NCBI GenBank assembly: GCA_964573185.1
Contig: CAZNIQ010000005.1
Location: forward strand, 439 to 32,438
Reading direction: 5' to 3'
Origin: Candidatus Woesearchaeota archaeon
GTDB lineage: Archaea; Nanobdellota; Nanobdellia; Nanobdellales; CAZNIQ01
DNA: 32,000 nt
A program made the translations under genes and the position numbers. The notes beneath the pieces are model-generated. The model was not told the DNA's origin. It worked only from the letters and a program-made list of their open reading frames with translations, and did no database searches. Positions within the stretch are counted from its first letter, which is position 1. The number at the start of each line of letters is the position of its first letter. Of this stretch, positions 13,913 to 23,049 are shown one piece after another.

Positions 13913-14401
13913 ATGACAACTTTATGCCCTACCGTGAACTTTAGAAAATATATAAGAAGTACATTAGGAAAATACTATAAAACGGAATTTGTTAGGCTCT
14001 TAGAGGAATGTCAAACTCTTGAGGAGATTATTCAAACCTTATTAGAACATAACGTACCTCCAACTTACGCTGAGACTTTAATAAAAAAAGAACTCTTGAT
14101 TCCGGTAGACGGTGTATGTATCGAGCAGCTTGGAGGCTATATTCTAAGAAGAATGACTGCATATATAAATGATGAAAAGAATAAATATTATGCTACTTTG
14201 ATTTTAAGGAAAATAAAAGACATTATGAGAGAGAAAGGAAAAAGATGTATTTCGTATGAAGAACTAGAAGAAACGTTAAACCTTTTAGGATATCAAAAAT
14301 TAGCAAGAGATATAATAAGATCTATAAAAACATATGTAAGCTTTATCTTAAACCATAATAGGAAAGCACGTAATTTTTATCAATATAATAAGCCTGAATA
14401 A
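13913..14401 (+). CDS. Hypothetical protein (163 aa)
   Basis: This is the internal ATG of tracked ORF 13709..14401. The upstream 68 codons are the antisense of the 5S rRNA gene and its promoter, so I discard them. The palindromic tttttaaaaa at 13883-13892 sits about 26 nt upstream of this ATG. The 3' end overlaps the convergent ATPase gene by 59 nt. Confidence 0.4.
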   Translation: MTTLCPTVNFRKYIRSTLGKYYKTEFVRLLEECQTLEEIIQTLLEHNVPPTYAETLIKKELLIPVDGVCIEQLGGYILRRMTAYINDEKNKYYATLILRKIKDIMREKGKRCISYEELEETLNLLGYQKLARDIIRSIKTYVSFILNHNRKARNFYQYNKPE

Positions 14402-15872
14402 TTTTTGTGAAAATTCTATAATCTCTAATACCAAGCTCAGCTAATTTTCTTAAAAGTCTTGCTCTTATTTTTAATTCTTCCCAAAGTTCTTCCTCAGAAA
14501 TCCCGTATTCCTTTGATATTTTCTTAAAAACATAAGAAGTCCCATAAAATTCAAAAGTGTTTCTTGCAAAATTATATCTGAAAGGAACATTATATTTTAC
14601 ATCACCATTTTGATATACTTCCATAATTTCATAAGTTTCTTTTAAAACTCTTCTTATACTGCCAGATTTATCTTTAAAATGAATCATAGAAGCAACAATA
14701 TCTAAAAGTTCAACTAAAGAAGGTGGTAAATTGATTGGGGGTGTTATTAATCTTCTAACAACCGCTTTTACATCTGTTGCGTGCATCGTACTTAAACAAG
14801 CATGTCCGGAAGCCATTCCTTGAAATAAAACGTAAGCTTCTTCACCACGTATTTCACCAACAACTACATAATCTGGACGCTGTCTAAAAGAAGCTTTTAA
14901 CAAATCAAATAAAGAAACTTCTCCATAGCCAGATAAACCAAAAGCGGGTCTTGATACAGCTGGGATCCAATTCTCATGATATAATTGAATTTCTCTTGTT
15001 TCTTCTATTGTTACAATTCTTGCAGTAGGCGGAATAAACATTAGAATAGCATTAAGAAATGTAGTTTTACCTGCAGCAGTTGGCCCTATAACCAAGATAT
15101 TTCTCTTATATTCAACAGCTAGCCAGAAATAAGCAAAGATTTCAGGAGTTGCCGTTCCATTCAAAATAAGGTCTATCGGTGTTAGGGGTTCCTTCCTAAA
15201 CTTTCTTATAGTAAATGTCGGACCCCTTGTAGTGATATCAGAAGTATAAGTTGCGTTAACTCTGGAACCGTCTGGAAGTGTAGCATCTAAAATAGGCTCA
15301 GCATAAGAAACATATCTACCAGCCCTTTGTGCCATTTTTTCAATTAACTTTCTTATTTCTTCTTCATCTTTAAATATAATATTTGTTCTCAGATTACCAA
15401 AAATCCTATGAACTACAAATACTGGAATATTTACTCCAGAACATTCTATATCTTCAATAAAAGGATCATGCATTAAAGGTTCTATTGGTCCTAAACCGAT
15501 AAAGTCTCTAAAAATGTAATACATTATTTTATTGTAAGATTCGTCTGGAAGATCTATTCCTAATTCTGACATAACGAATTGAACGTTATCTTCTAGATAT
15601 TCCAAAGCTTTTTTTACGTCTTTGAATCTCGAAAAACCAACATTTAAAACTTCTTTTAACCCCTCCTCTATTAATTCTAAAGCTTGTTTTTCTGTATCTG
15701 TTAATTTAGGTTCAAGTACGAAATAAATTAAATCTCCTAGTTGAGGAACGTATTTTATTCTTGCATAAGCATAAGGATAAATTAGAGGATAAATTACATC
15801 TACTTGCTTTTTGTCAGCGAACTTAGGAATATTTGGAATAGGCGGTGAAAGATCAATATAGAATTTTGGCAT
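14343..15872 (-). CDS. FlaI/ArlI-like type IV filament assembly ATPase (GspE/VirB11 superfamily)
   Basis: TIRKFRKEPLTPIDLI...ILVIGPTAAGKTTFLNAILMFIP..ARIVTIEETREIQL...RQRPDYVVVGEIRGEEA...GHACLSTMHA gives Walker A, Asp box, Walker B and His box. Its 509 aa is typical of archaeal FlaI/PilB-like ATPases. Confidence 0.85.
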   Translation of the reverse strand: MPKFYIDLSPPIPNIPKFADKKQVDVIYPLIYPYAYARIKYVPQLGDLIYFVLEPKLTDTEKQALELIEEGLKEVLNVGFSRFKDVKKALEYLEDNVQFVMSELGIDLPDESYNKIMYYIFRDFIGLGPIEPLMHDPFIEDIECSGVNIPVFVVHRIFGNLRTNIIFKDEEEIRKLIEKMAQRAGRYVSYAEPILDATLPDGSRVNATYTSDITTRGPTFTIRKFRKEPLTPIDLILNGTATPEIFAYFWLAVEYKRNILVIGPTAAGKTTFLNAILMFIPPTARIVTIEETREIQLYHENWIPAVSRPAFGLSGYGEVSLFDLLKASFRQRPDYVVVGEIRGEEAYVLFQGMASGHACLSTMHATDVKAVVRRLITPPINLPPSLVELLDIVASMIHFKDKSGSIRRVLKETYEIMEVYQNGDVKYNVPFRYNFARNTFEFYGTSYVFKKISKEYGISEEELWEELKIRARLLRKLAELGIRDYRIFTKIIQAYYIDKNYVLSYYGLR

Positions 15873-15909
15873 TATTATTTTAAGCCCGAACGTATTATTA
15901 AAAGTTATA

Positions 15910-17403
15910 ATGCAAAAGTTTGTTCAAGAAACCTTAAAGGAGATTAGAGAAATTCATATTCTTCTATATAAGCTCAAATTAATTAGAGAAAAAGAAAAAA
16001 AACTGAAAGAAGAACTTAAAGAGATAGAAATTTTGTTTAAAAGAGGTCTAATTGGAGATAAGACATATAATAAATTAAAAAATGAAATTGAGGAAGAAGT
16101 AAGGAAAATAGATGATAAAAAATATTATATTATAAATAGAATTTTACAGATAATTGATGATATTGATAATAGAATAAAATTCTTGCTCGAGACTCGAGAA
16201 ATATCAAAAGATAAATGGATAAAAGAAAAGATAGATAAAACATTAGAAATCATTCATAGAGAGATTAAAAAAGAAAATATATCCAAGCCTGTAGTTCAAA
16301 GAATAAAAGAACTAAAGTATAGTATTCCTAGAGTTCAAATAAATATTCGACCAAAGATAGCAAAAGGTAAAATAGAAATAGAAAAGAGAAAACCAAAGCT
16401 TTCTAGAGTTGCAGTAAGATTATACCAAGAATTAAAGAGAAGAAAAGAGGAAAGGAAAAATGTTTTGAAAAGAAAGGTTATTATTGTTCATAAAACTAAA
16501 AAGCATAGTACTATTAATATATTTGAAAAAATAGCAAATAAGTATTTTGGCGGTCTCGCTGATTTCATTATAAAAAACTTTCCGGATTTATATGCTAAAT
16601 TCTATGAAGTTTTAAGGAGATCTGGAATTAAAACTTTATCCAAGACATATTTTGCATTAATGTTGTTCCTAACAATTATTGTTTTTATTTTCTCTTTAGT
16701 AATTGATCTAATACTACATATATTTGTATTCAAATCTTTCAATCCTCTTTCCTTCTTCATTTTTCTTATATTAATAACTTTGTTTTCAATTCCTTTAACT
16801 ATTGCTATATTTTTGATTTATCCTTACATCAAAGAGAAAGAGAGAAGAGAAAATATAGATGCTGCTTTACCTTTTGCTCTAGTTCAGATGTCTGCTATAG
16901 CGTCAGCAAACGTTTCCCCATATGTAATGATAAAAGTTATTGCAAATACTGAAGAATTCAAAGATCTTTCAGATGAGTTAAAGAAAGTCATAGAATATAT
17001 TGATTATATGGGTTATGATCTTACTACTGCTTTAAGAATGGTTGCAGAGGAGACTCCCTCATATAAATTAAAAGATTTTCTAAAGGGTCTAGCATCTATT
17101 ATAAAATCCGGTGGAAATGTTGCGGAATATATTAAAGAGAAAGCATTAGATGCCTTAATACATTATAGAACTGAAAGAAAGAAATTTATACAAGCTTTAC
17201 AAACTTATTCTGATTTATACACCGGTATAGTTGTTGCTGCTCCTTTATTTTTCATAGCTACATTAGCAGTTTTACAAACAATGGGTGGAAAAGTTTTTAA
17301 CATAGATATCTCAAAGGCAATTTTCTTCGGAACATATGTTTTTATACCCTTAATTAACATTTTGTTTTTGCTATTTATTCATATAACCCAGCCAAAAGGT
17401 TAA
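15910..17403 (+). CDS. Half-size FlaJ/TadC-like platform protein with ~200-aa N-terminal K/E-rich coiled-coil extension
   Basis: The C-terminal ~290 aa have TM helices, one T2SSF-like domain (ALPFALVQMSAIASANVSP...GYDLTTALRMVAEETPSYKLKDFLKGLASIIKSGGN) and more TM helices. The N-terminal 200 aa are charged heptad repeats. Confidence 0.6.
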   Translation: MQKFVQETLKEIREIHILLYKLKLIREKEKKLKEELKEIEILFKRGLIGDKTYNKLKNEIEEEVRKIDDKKYYIINRILQIIDDIDNRIKFLLETREISKDKWIKEKIDKTLEIIHREIKKENISKPVVQRIKELKYSIPRVQINIRPKIAKGKIEIEKRKPKLSRVAVRLYQELKRRKEERKNVLKRKVIIVHKTKKHSTINIFEKIANKYFGGLADFIIKNFPDLYAKFYEVLRRSGIKTLSKTYFALMLFLTIIVFIFSLVIDLILHIFVFKSFNPLSFFIFLILITLFSIPLTIAIFLIYPYIKEKERRENIDAALPFALVQMSAIASANVSPYVMIKVIANTEEFKDLSDELKKVIEYIDYMGYDLTTALRMVAEETPSYKLKDFLKGLASIIKSGGNVAEYIKEKALDALIHYRTERKKFIQALQTYSDLYTGIVVAAPLFFIATLAVLQTMGGKVFNIDISKAIFFGTYVFIPLINILFLLFIHITQPKG

Positions 17404-17636
17404 ACTGAACGAGCAGAAAACAAAACTATTGCCAATCCTGCTAAGAATATAATAATTGCAGAGTAGCTTTCTTTTAAGAACATCTTAATTTGCCAATACG
17501 TTTCAAATGACACTCCAAATAAAGACAAAATCCTATAGAAAGTATAAGAGTTTGTAAAAGTATCAATAAGTAGAATAATCCCAAGAATTAACAAAATAAT
17601 CCCTAGGAATCTTATGGGATCTGTAAATGAGCGCAT
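17400..17636 (-). CDS. Possible small membrane protein (78 aa); doubtful
   Basis: Two or three hydrophobic helices. The only ATG (17636-17634) shares its A with the discriminator base of tRNA-Gly, and the tracked upstream extension is antisense-free tRNA sequence. It may not be a real gene. Confidence 0.3.
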   Translation of the reverse strand: MRSFTDPIRFLGIILLILGIILLIDTFTNSYTFYRILSLFGVSFETYWQIKMFLKESYSAIIIFLAGLAIVLFSARSV

Positions 17637-17706
17637 GCGGCGGCCGGGATTCGAACCCGGGTCACGGGCTTGGAAGGCCCGCATCCTGCCGCTAGACTAC
17701 CGCCGC
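17636..17706 (-). tRNA. tRNA-Gly (anticodon UCC), intron-less, CCA not encoded
   Basis: The reverse complement is GCGGCGG-TA-GTCTAGCGGCAGGAT-G-CGGGC-CTTCCAA-GCCCG-TGAC-CCGGG-TTCGAAT-CCCGG-CCGCCGC-A. This gives a 7-bp acceptor stem, 5-bp anticodon stem, TCC anticodon and a TTCGAAT T-loop. Confidence 0.9.
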
Positions 17707-17736
17707 TTATAAAAATATGTTTTTAACGTTAAATTT

Positions 17737-18012
17737 TTATTCTTTCTTTTCCTCTTCCTCCTTCTTTTCTTTCTTTATAGCTAATGCTGCTTTGGAAATG
17801 ATCATGATATCGCCAATAGCCCTTACTAATTGATGTGGAACAATTACCCCTTTTATTCCTTCTTGTAATAATTCAGGATATGCTATTCTAATTTTCCAAC
17901 CATAAATTCTATTTTCCTGTAATAGTACATCCTCTACTTCCCCAAAAAAATCACCCTCATCTGTATATACTTTCTTCCCATACATCTCAGACACTCTCCT
18001 AAGTTTAAGCAT
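17737..18012 (-). CDS. PRC-barrel domain protein
   Basis: MYGKKVYTDEGDFFGEVEDVLLQENRIYGWKIR...VIVPHQLVRAIGDIMII fits the PRC-barrel pattern, with a K/E-rich tail. Confidence 0.6.
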   Translation of the reverse strand: MLKLRRVSEMYGKKVYTDEGDFFGEVEDVLLQENRIYGWKIRIAYPELLQEGIKGVIVPHQLVRAIGDIMIISKAALAIKKEKKEEEEKKE

Positions 18013-18033
18013 ACTATTGATACCTCTTACCTT

Positions 18034-18042
18034 TTTATAAAT
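18034..18042. promoter_or_regulatory. Shared TATA-like element between the PRC-barrel gene and cdc48
   Basis: tttataaat sits in the 49-nt spacer, about 24 nt from ATG 18062 and about 26 nt from ATG 18012. Confidence 0.4.
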
Positions 18043-18061
18043 TTCACTGAAAATAATTTTA

Positions 18062-21000
18062 ATGCCAAGTGATGATAAGAAGAAACCGGAAATAAGATTA
18101 AAGGTTGCAGAAGCTAGGCAAGAAGATGTTTACAAGGGTATAGTTCGTATAGATGCTGAAGCCATGAGAAAAATAGGAGTAAAACCCGGGGATGTAGTTG
18201 AAATAGAAGGAAAAAGAAAAACAGTAGCCATTGCTGAAAGATCATATCCTGAAGACGTAGGATTAGGAATAATAAGAATGGATGGTATTCTAAGAAGAAA
18301 TGCAGGTGTTTCTTTAGGTGAATATGTAACTGTAAGGAAAGCTGATGTTAAAGAAGCTAGAAGAGTTGTAATTGCTCCCGCACAAAAAGGCGTTTATGTC
18401 GAAATTCCACCGGAAATGGCAAAGCAAGCTTTACTTGGAAGGCCTCTAATGAAAGGAGATTTAATTGTTCTAGGGGGATACAGAAGAAGGAGGAGATATT
18501 CTTCAGATTTCTTTGAAGATATATTTTCTGTATTTGAAGAACCTTTCTTTACCGGTTTTGCTGAAACTAAATTCATAGTTGTAGATACACAACCTAGAGG
18601 ACCTGTAATTGTAACAGATATGACAGAAGTAGAAGTATTGCCACAAGCCGTTGAAGTTAAAGAGGAAATTCCAGAGGTTACTTGGGAAGATATTGGTGAT
18701 ATGGAAGAAGTTGTGAGGAAAGTTAGAGAATTAGTTGAGTTGCCTTTGAAACATCCCGAAATCTTTGAAAGGTTGGGAATTGAACCTCCAAAAGGGATAT
18801 TGCTATATGGTCCTCCGGGTACTGGTAAAACACTCCTAGCCAAAGCCGTTGCAAATGAAACAGGGGCCTACTTTATTGCCATTAATGGACCAGAGATAGT
18901 TTCAAAGTATGTCGGTGAATCCGAAAGAAGATTAAGAGAAATATTTGAAGAAGCTCAAAAGAATGCTCCTGCGATTATATTTATAGATGAAATCGACGCT
19001 ATAGCTCCAAGAAGAGATGAAGCTGTTGGTGAAGTAGAAAGAAGATTAGTTGCACAGCTTTTAACCTTAATGGATGGTTTAAAATCTAGAGGAAAAGTTA
19101 TAGTTATAGCAGCAACGAACAGGCCTAATGCAATAGATCCTGCATTAAGAAGACCCGGAAGATTTGATAGAGAAATAGAAGTTCCCGTACCAGATGAAAG
19201 AGCCAGATACGAAATACTAAAAGTTCATACAAGAAATGTTCCCTTAGGTAAAAAGATTGTAGAGAAAACACCTGATGGTAAAACAGTAGAAAAGTATGTA
19301 TTGTTAACTCCAGAAGAAAGAGATCAATTGTTAAGAAAATTAGCAAAGATGACCCACGGTTACGTAGGTGCAGATCTAGCTGCTTTAGTTAAAGAGGCTG
19401 CAATGAATGCTATTAGAAGAGTATTACCAGATATACTTGAAAGAGAAGAAGGGCCATTACCTCCAGAAGTACTAGAGAAGTTAGTAGTTACTGAAGAAGA
19501 CTTTATGGAAGCTTTGAAAGTGGTACCTCCATCTGCAATGAGAGAAGTTTTAGTAGAGGTACCTAACGTTAGATGGGATGATATTGGAGGATTAGATGAG
19601 GTTAAACAGATGTTAAAGGAAATGGTTGTTTGGCCTTTGAAATATAGAGAGATATACAAGAAATTGGGAATTGAACCTCCAAAAGGGATATTGCTATATG
19701 GTCCTCCGGGTACTGGTAAGACTTTGTTAGCAAAGGCGGTGGCTACAGAATCTGGAATGAACTTTATAGCAGTAAAAGGTCCAGAAATTTTATCGAAGTG
19801 GGTAGGTGAGTCAATTCCCGGAGATGAGAAAGTTTTAGCAAAGATAGATGGAGAAGTAAAACTAATTGAAGTAGAAAAGTTATATGAAGAATGGTTAAGA
19901 GGAAAAGAAATAGAAGTAGTATCTGTTGTCGATGGAAAAGTAAGATGGTCTAAGATAGAAAAGATTTCAAGACATCTAAGAACTTCACCAGTAGTTGAGA
20001 TAATTACAGAATCTGGAAGAAGAGTTAAGGTTACTTTAGATCATTCTGTATTCACTGTTAAAGATGGAAGAATAATTTCGGTTCCTACTTCAGAATTAAA
20101 GGAAGGCGATTGGATTGTCTTAATAAATAGAATACCGTCTGGAGATAAAGAAGAAATAGCGGGGATAAAAATAAATGAAAATATTGCAGAACTAATAGGT
20201 TTATATATAGCTGAAGGAGATATAAATAAAGACTATGTAAGGATTCATACGAAAGATTCTGAAATAATAAAAGAAATAGAAAGGATAATAAAAGAGGAAA
20301 AGCTTGAAGGAAAGTATTATGAAAAAGATGGTTCATTCTGGATAAAGACGAAATGGTTCGTAGAATTATGCAAATTATTCGGAGTAGGAGCTAAAAACAA
20401 AAGATTAGGACCTGCTCTATCTTTAAAGAAAGAATTATTAGCTAAAGTGTTGAAAGGATACTTTTCTGGAGATGGAACATTCTACTTAAAGAACCATAAA
20501 AGATCTGGAACAATAGAGGCAGTAACTGTAAGTAAAACTTTAGCTGAAGAATTATTAATAGCTCTATCAATGTTTGGTATATTTGCAAGGATAAAAGAAA
20601 GGGTAAATAGAGTAGGAAACATTGAATATAGGATTCTAATTGGAAGGACAGAACAATTCAAGATTTTCTTAGAAGAAATAAGATTTATACAGGAAGGAAA
20701 GAATAGAAAGCTTAAAGAATTTATAAAGAGTAGGAAATGGACGAGAGGCAAAAGAAATATACCAGCAGAACTAGTAGGAAAGTTGTATGCTGATATGGAG
20801 GTAGAATATTATTCTGATAGGGTTGTTCAGAAAGCATTAAAGAAAGTATTGCTAGAAGATTTGTACTTCGATAAAATAAAGGAAATAAGAGTCCTAGAGA
20901 GGGATGATATGTATGTTTATGATGTTGTTGAAGTAAAGGAGGGGCATAATTTTGTAGGAGGACAAGGTTTCTTATTGCATAACTCTGAAAAAGCTATTAG

Positions 21001-21826
21001 AGAAATATTTAGGAAGGCTAGACAAGTAGCACCATGTGTTATTTTCTTTGATGAAATAGATGCTATTGCTGCTAGAAGAGGCTCTGAAACTTCAGGAGTC
21101 ATAGATAGAATTGTAAACCAGTTATTAACAGAAATGGACGGTATTACTACAAGAGGGGATGTTGTTGTAATAGCAGCAACTAATAGACCCGATCTGATAG
21201 ATCCTGCTTTATTAAGACCCGGAAGATTTGATAGATTAGTTTATGTCCCACCACCAGATAAGAAAGCTAGAATCGAGATACTAGCAATACATACTAGGAA
21301 CACACCACTAGATCCTGAATTTGACAAGAACTTAGAAACTCTAAAGAAGAAATTAGAGGAAATTAAGAATAACGAGGAAATGTTAAAGTTCTATAAGGTA
21401 TCAAAGGAAGACGTAGAGAAATGGCTAAGAGAGTTAACAGATGCGAAGAAAGCTTATGAATTGTACGAGAAAGATAAGAAATTTAGATATGTTGCTAATG
21501 CTTTGTTGATCTTTGAACCTATTGCAGAAAAGACCGAAATGTACTCCGGTGCTGATCTAGCAGCACTTGCAAGGGAAGCAGCATTAACAGCATTGAGGGA
21601 AAGATTAGAGTACTATAGAAACCAAGGTTTATCCGAAGATGAGGCATTAGCAAAAATAAAAGACGAGCAAATAAAAGTAAAGTTAGAACACTTTGAGAAA
21701 GCATTACAAAAAGTAAAACCATCTATTACAAAAGAAATGCTCGAATATTATAAAGCTTTTACAGAATATATGAAAGGAACGTTTAGGAAGGAAGAAAAAA
21801 GAGACAAAAGATCTTACCTACTTTAA
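18062..21826 (+). CDS. cdc48: Cdc48/VCP-type AAA+ ATPase (N domain + D1 + D2) carrying an intein in D2
   Basis: N domain ([20 protein letters not shown]). Two AAA modules, each with [20 protein letters not shown] and IIFIDEID / [11 protein letters not shown] with [17 protein letters not shown]. The D2 helix after Walker A is interrupted (WVGE|S...HN|SEKAIREIF, compare D1 [13 protein letters not shown]). Confidence 0.95.
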   Translation: MPSDDKKKPEIRLKVAEARQEDVYKGIVRIDAEAMRKIGVKPGDVVEIEGKRKTVAIAERSYPEDVGLGIIRMDGILRRNAGVSLGEYVTVRKADVKEARRVVIAPAQKGVYVEIPPEMAKQALLGRPLMKGDLIVLGGYRRRRRYSSDFFEDIFSVFEEPFFTGFAETKFIVVDTQPRGPVIVTDMTEVEVLPQAVEVKEEIPEVTWEDIGDMEEVVRKVRELVELPLKHPEIFERLGIEPPKGILLYGPPGTGKTLLAKAVANETGAYFIAINGPEIVSKYVGESERRLREIFEEAQKNAPAIIFIDEIDAIAPRRDEAVGEVERRLVAQLLTLMDGLKSRGKVIVIAATNRPNAIDPALRRPGRFDREIEVPVPDERARYEILKVHTRNVPLGKKIVEKTPDGKTVEKYVLLTPEERDQLLRKLAKMTHGYVGADLAALVKEAAMNAIRRVLPDILEREEGPLPPEVLEKLVVTEEDFMEALKVVPPSAMREVLVEVPNVRWDDIGGLDEVKQMLKEMVVWPLKYREIYKKLGIEPPKGILLYGPPGTGKTLLAKAVATESGMNFIAVKGPEILSKWVGESIPGDEKVLAKIDGEVKLIEVEKLYEEWLRGKEIEVVSVVDGKVRWSKIEKISRHLRTSPVVEIITESGRRVKVTLDHSVFTVKDGRIISVPTSELKEGDWIVLINRIPSGDKEEIAGIKINENIAELIGLYIAEGDINKDYVRIHTKDSEIIKEIERIIKEEKLEGKYYEKDGSFWIKTKWFVELCKLFGVGAKNKRLGPALSLKKELLAKVLKGYFSGDGTFYLKNHKRSGTIEAVTVSKTLAEELLIALSMFGIFARIKERVNRVGNIEYRILIGRTEQFKIFLEEIRFIQEGKNRKLKEFIKSRKWTRGKRNIPAELVGKLYADMEVEYYSDRVVQKALKKVLLEDLYFDKIKEIRVLERDDMYVYDVVEVKEGHNFVGGQGFLLHNSEKAIREIFRKARQVAPCVIFFDEIDAIAARRGSETSGVIDRIVNQLLTEMDGITTRGDVVVIAATNRPDLIDPALLRPGRFDRLVYVPPPDKKARIEILAIHTRNTPLDPEFDKNLETLKKKLEEIKNNEEMLKFYKVSKEDVEKWLRELTDAKKAYELYEKDKKFRYVANALLIFEPIAEKTEMYSGADLAALAREAALTALRERLEYYRNQGLSEDEALAKIKDEQIKVKLEHFEKALQKVKPSITKEMLEYYKAFTEYMKGTFRKEEKRDKRSYLL
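18773..18828 (+). repeat. 56-nt perfect intragenic repeat, copy 1 (D1 Walker A region of cdc48)
   Basis: ttgggaattgaacctccaaaagggatattgctatatggtcctccgggtactggtaa is identical base for base to 19664-19719. Confidence 0.95.
19664..19719 (+). repeat. 56-nt perfect intragenic repeat, copy 2 (D2 Walker A region of cdc48)
   Basis: Identical to 18773-18828. It ends 92 nt upstream of the intein insertion point. Confidence 0.95.
19811..20983 (+). mobile_element. Full-length intein (391 aa) with LAGLIDADG homing-endonuclease domain, Ser1 / Ser+1
   Basis: Block A is [14 protein letters not shown] (Ser1 codon 19811-19813) and block B is [10 protein letters not shown]. The LAGLIDADG motifs are [10 protein letters not shown] and [10 protein letters not shown]. 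Block F is [16 protein letters not shown], and the terminal LLHN (Asn 20981-20983) is followed by Ser. Excision restores [13 protein letters not shown], matching D1. Confidence 0.9.
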
Positions 21827-22047
21827 CCCCAGATTTCCTTTTTAGCTAATCTTACGTCTTCTTCTTGAACAGTTTTTCTTCCAGCGTGCTTTGCTAATTC
21901 AACTGCTCTTTCAGCTATCTTTTCAGCAATTTCAATTATAGTTTCTACAAATACTCTCTTTGCTTCTTCAGATACTCTCTTTGCTCCAGCTTTTCTTAAA
22001 ATTCTATATAGAGGGGCAACAGGTAACTCGTACTTTCTCCTCGCCAT
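21823..22047 (-). CDS. Archaeal histone (HMf family)
   Basis: 74 aa. [62 protein letters not shown] is a single histone fold. TATA-like tgtttaaatc lies about 25 nt upstream. Confidence 0.9.
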   Translation of the reverse strand: MARRKYELPVAPLYRILRKAGAKRVSEEAKRVFVETIIEIAEKIAERAVELAKHAGRKTVQEEDVRLAKKEIWG

Positions 22048-22132
22048 AGAACATAACTATTCGAAGGGGGATTTAAACATTTTGGAGTACATTTTGGTCT
22101 CAAAGGATACGTGAATTTATGAACAGCAGTCG

Positions 22133-23023
22133 TTAATCCTCTTCGGGGAACACGTAAACTCTATCTGAAATTAAAACGGTTTTTTCATGTTGGGACACTA
22201 AGCCTCCTGACTTTTCAACAAGTATAGGATATTCATAAAGAATATCTAACTTTTTCATCAAATTAATAGCATAATCTACCTGATTTTTTGGAAAAATTTT
22301 GTATAACCATCTTTTTGCAAATGGTAAAGTCTTGTATTCTTTTATTATATAATCATAAATTTTTCTAGCAATTCTATCTCTTGGAGCTTTAAGATCCATT
22401 ATCTTTAGAATTCCAGAAGGATTTCCATCTTTAACATAGCCAATACCATTAGTTGCAAAGGGTTCTATAGCATATAATCCTTCTTCTAATTTTATTTTTG
22501 ATTTATTATTGAAATTTGGTATAGTTAAACCTGCATGTAAATTATATTGTTCTATTTGATGTCCCGAAAGATTATATATTGGGTTTAAATTATATTTTTT
22601 TATAGTTCTCTCAATAACGTCTCCAATTGCCCACAATTCTACTCCTTTTTTTATTACTTTCAATGCATTTTCCAATGCTTCTTTTGACGCTTTTATTAAT
22701 CCTTTATGATCCCCCAAATCTATAGTTATAGCTGTATCAATGATCCAACCATTTATATGAACTCCTATATCAATTTTAACAACATCTCCTTCTTTAAATG
22801 CTGATTTATCATCAATACTTGGTGTATAATGCGCAGCAATATCATTTATTGATATATTTACTGGAAAAGCAGGTTTACCTCCTTCTTCAATTATAAGTCC
22901 CTCTATTTTTTCAGCAACCTCTAATAAAGATACTTCAGGTCTAACTAGCTTTTTAGCTAAATTTAAAGCTTTAGCAGCTATTTTTGATGCTTTTTTTAAA
23001 TCAGCTAGGGTGACTCTCTTCAT
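22133..23023 (-). CDS. map: Methionine aminopeptidase, type 2 (archaeal)
   Basis: AAHYTPS, DVVKIDIGVHINGWIIDTA, LSGHQIEQY and SQHEKTVLI are the metal-ligand motifs of the pita-bread fold. Its 296 aa is typical of archaeal MetAP2. Confidence 0.9.
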   Translation of the reverse strand: MKRVTLADLKKASKIAAKALNLAKKLVRPEVSLLEVAEKIEGLIIEEGGKPAFPVNISINDIAAHYTPSIDDKSAFKEGDVVKIDIGVHINGWIIDTAITIDLGDHKGLIKASKEALENALKVIKKGVELWAIGDVIERTIKKYNLNPIYNLSGHQIEQYNLHAGLTIPNFNNKSKIKLEEGLYAIEPFATNGIGYVKDGNPSGILKIMDLKAPRDRIARKIYDYIIKEYKTLPFAKRWLYKIFPKNQVDYAINLMKKLDILYEYPILVEKSGGLVSQHEKTVLISDRVYVFPEED

Positions 23024-23049
23024 TTTTCTGAGCCGGTGGATTTCATCAC
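23001..23049 (-). ncRNA. Candidate C/D-box sRNA embedded across the hypothetical/map gene junction (weak)
   Basis: The minus strand reads GTGATGA-aatccaccggct-CAGA-aaa-ATGAAGA-gagtcaccctag-CTGA. This gives perfect C and D boxes exactly 38 nt apart with two 12-nt spacers, but D' (CAGA) and C' (ATGAAGA) are degenerate and the whole element is coding sequence. Confidence 0.3.

Noticed and set aside
14171-14177. Additional ATGATGA/GTGATGA C-box-like motifs (14171, 18069, 31770 minus strand, 13720 minus strand and others inside CDSs)
   Set aside because: I checked each for CTGA at +12 and at about +38 nt and found none, so they are chance occurrences in coding sequence.
15960-16500. Repetitive aaagaa/gaaaaa-rich DNA, checked as a possible CRISPR or tandem repeat
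   Set aside because: There is no constant-length repeat/spacer periodicity. It is in-frame K/E-rich coiled-coil coding sequence. No CRISPR array or cas gene is present anywhere in the window.
17637-17684. The N-terminal extension of ORF 17400..17684 (MRAFQARDPGSNPGRR)
   Set aside because: It is a translation of the tRNA-Gly sequence itself on the same strand, so it is an artefact of an open frame through a GC-rich RNA gene.
17636-17706. tRNA-Gly as an attachment site of an integrated element
   Set aside because: No second copy of the tRNA 3' half (ggattcgaaccc...) occurs elsewhere in the window, and there is no integrase or other mobile-element gene nearby.
18394-21722. Seven antisense ORFs inside cdc48 (18394..18843, 19125..19346, 19360..19659, 20085..20336, 20482..20751, 20917..21102, 21519..21722)
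   Set aside because: All lie opposite a confidently identified conserved gene. Their low-complexity S/L/F-rich translations are typical of shadow ORFs in AT-rich DNA.
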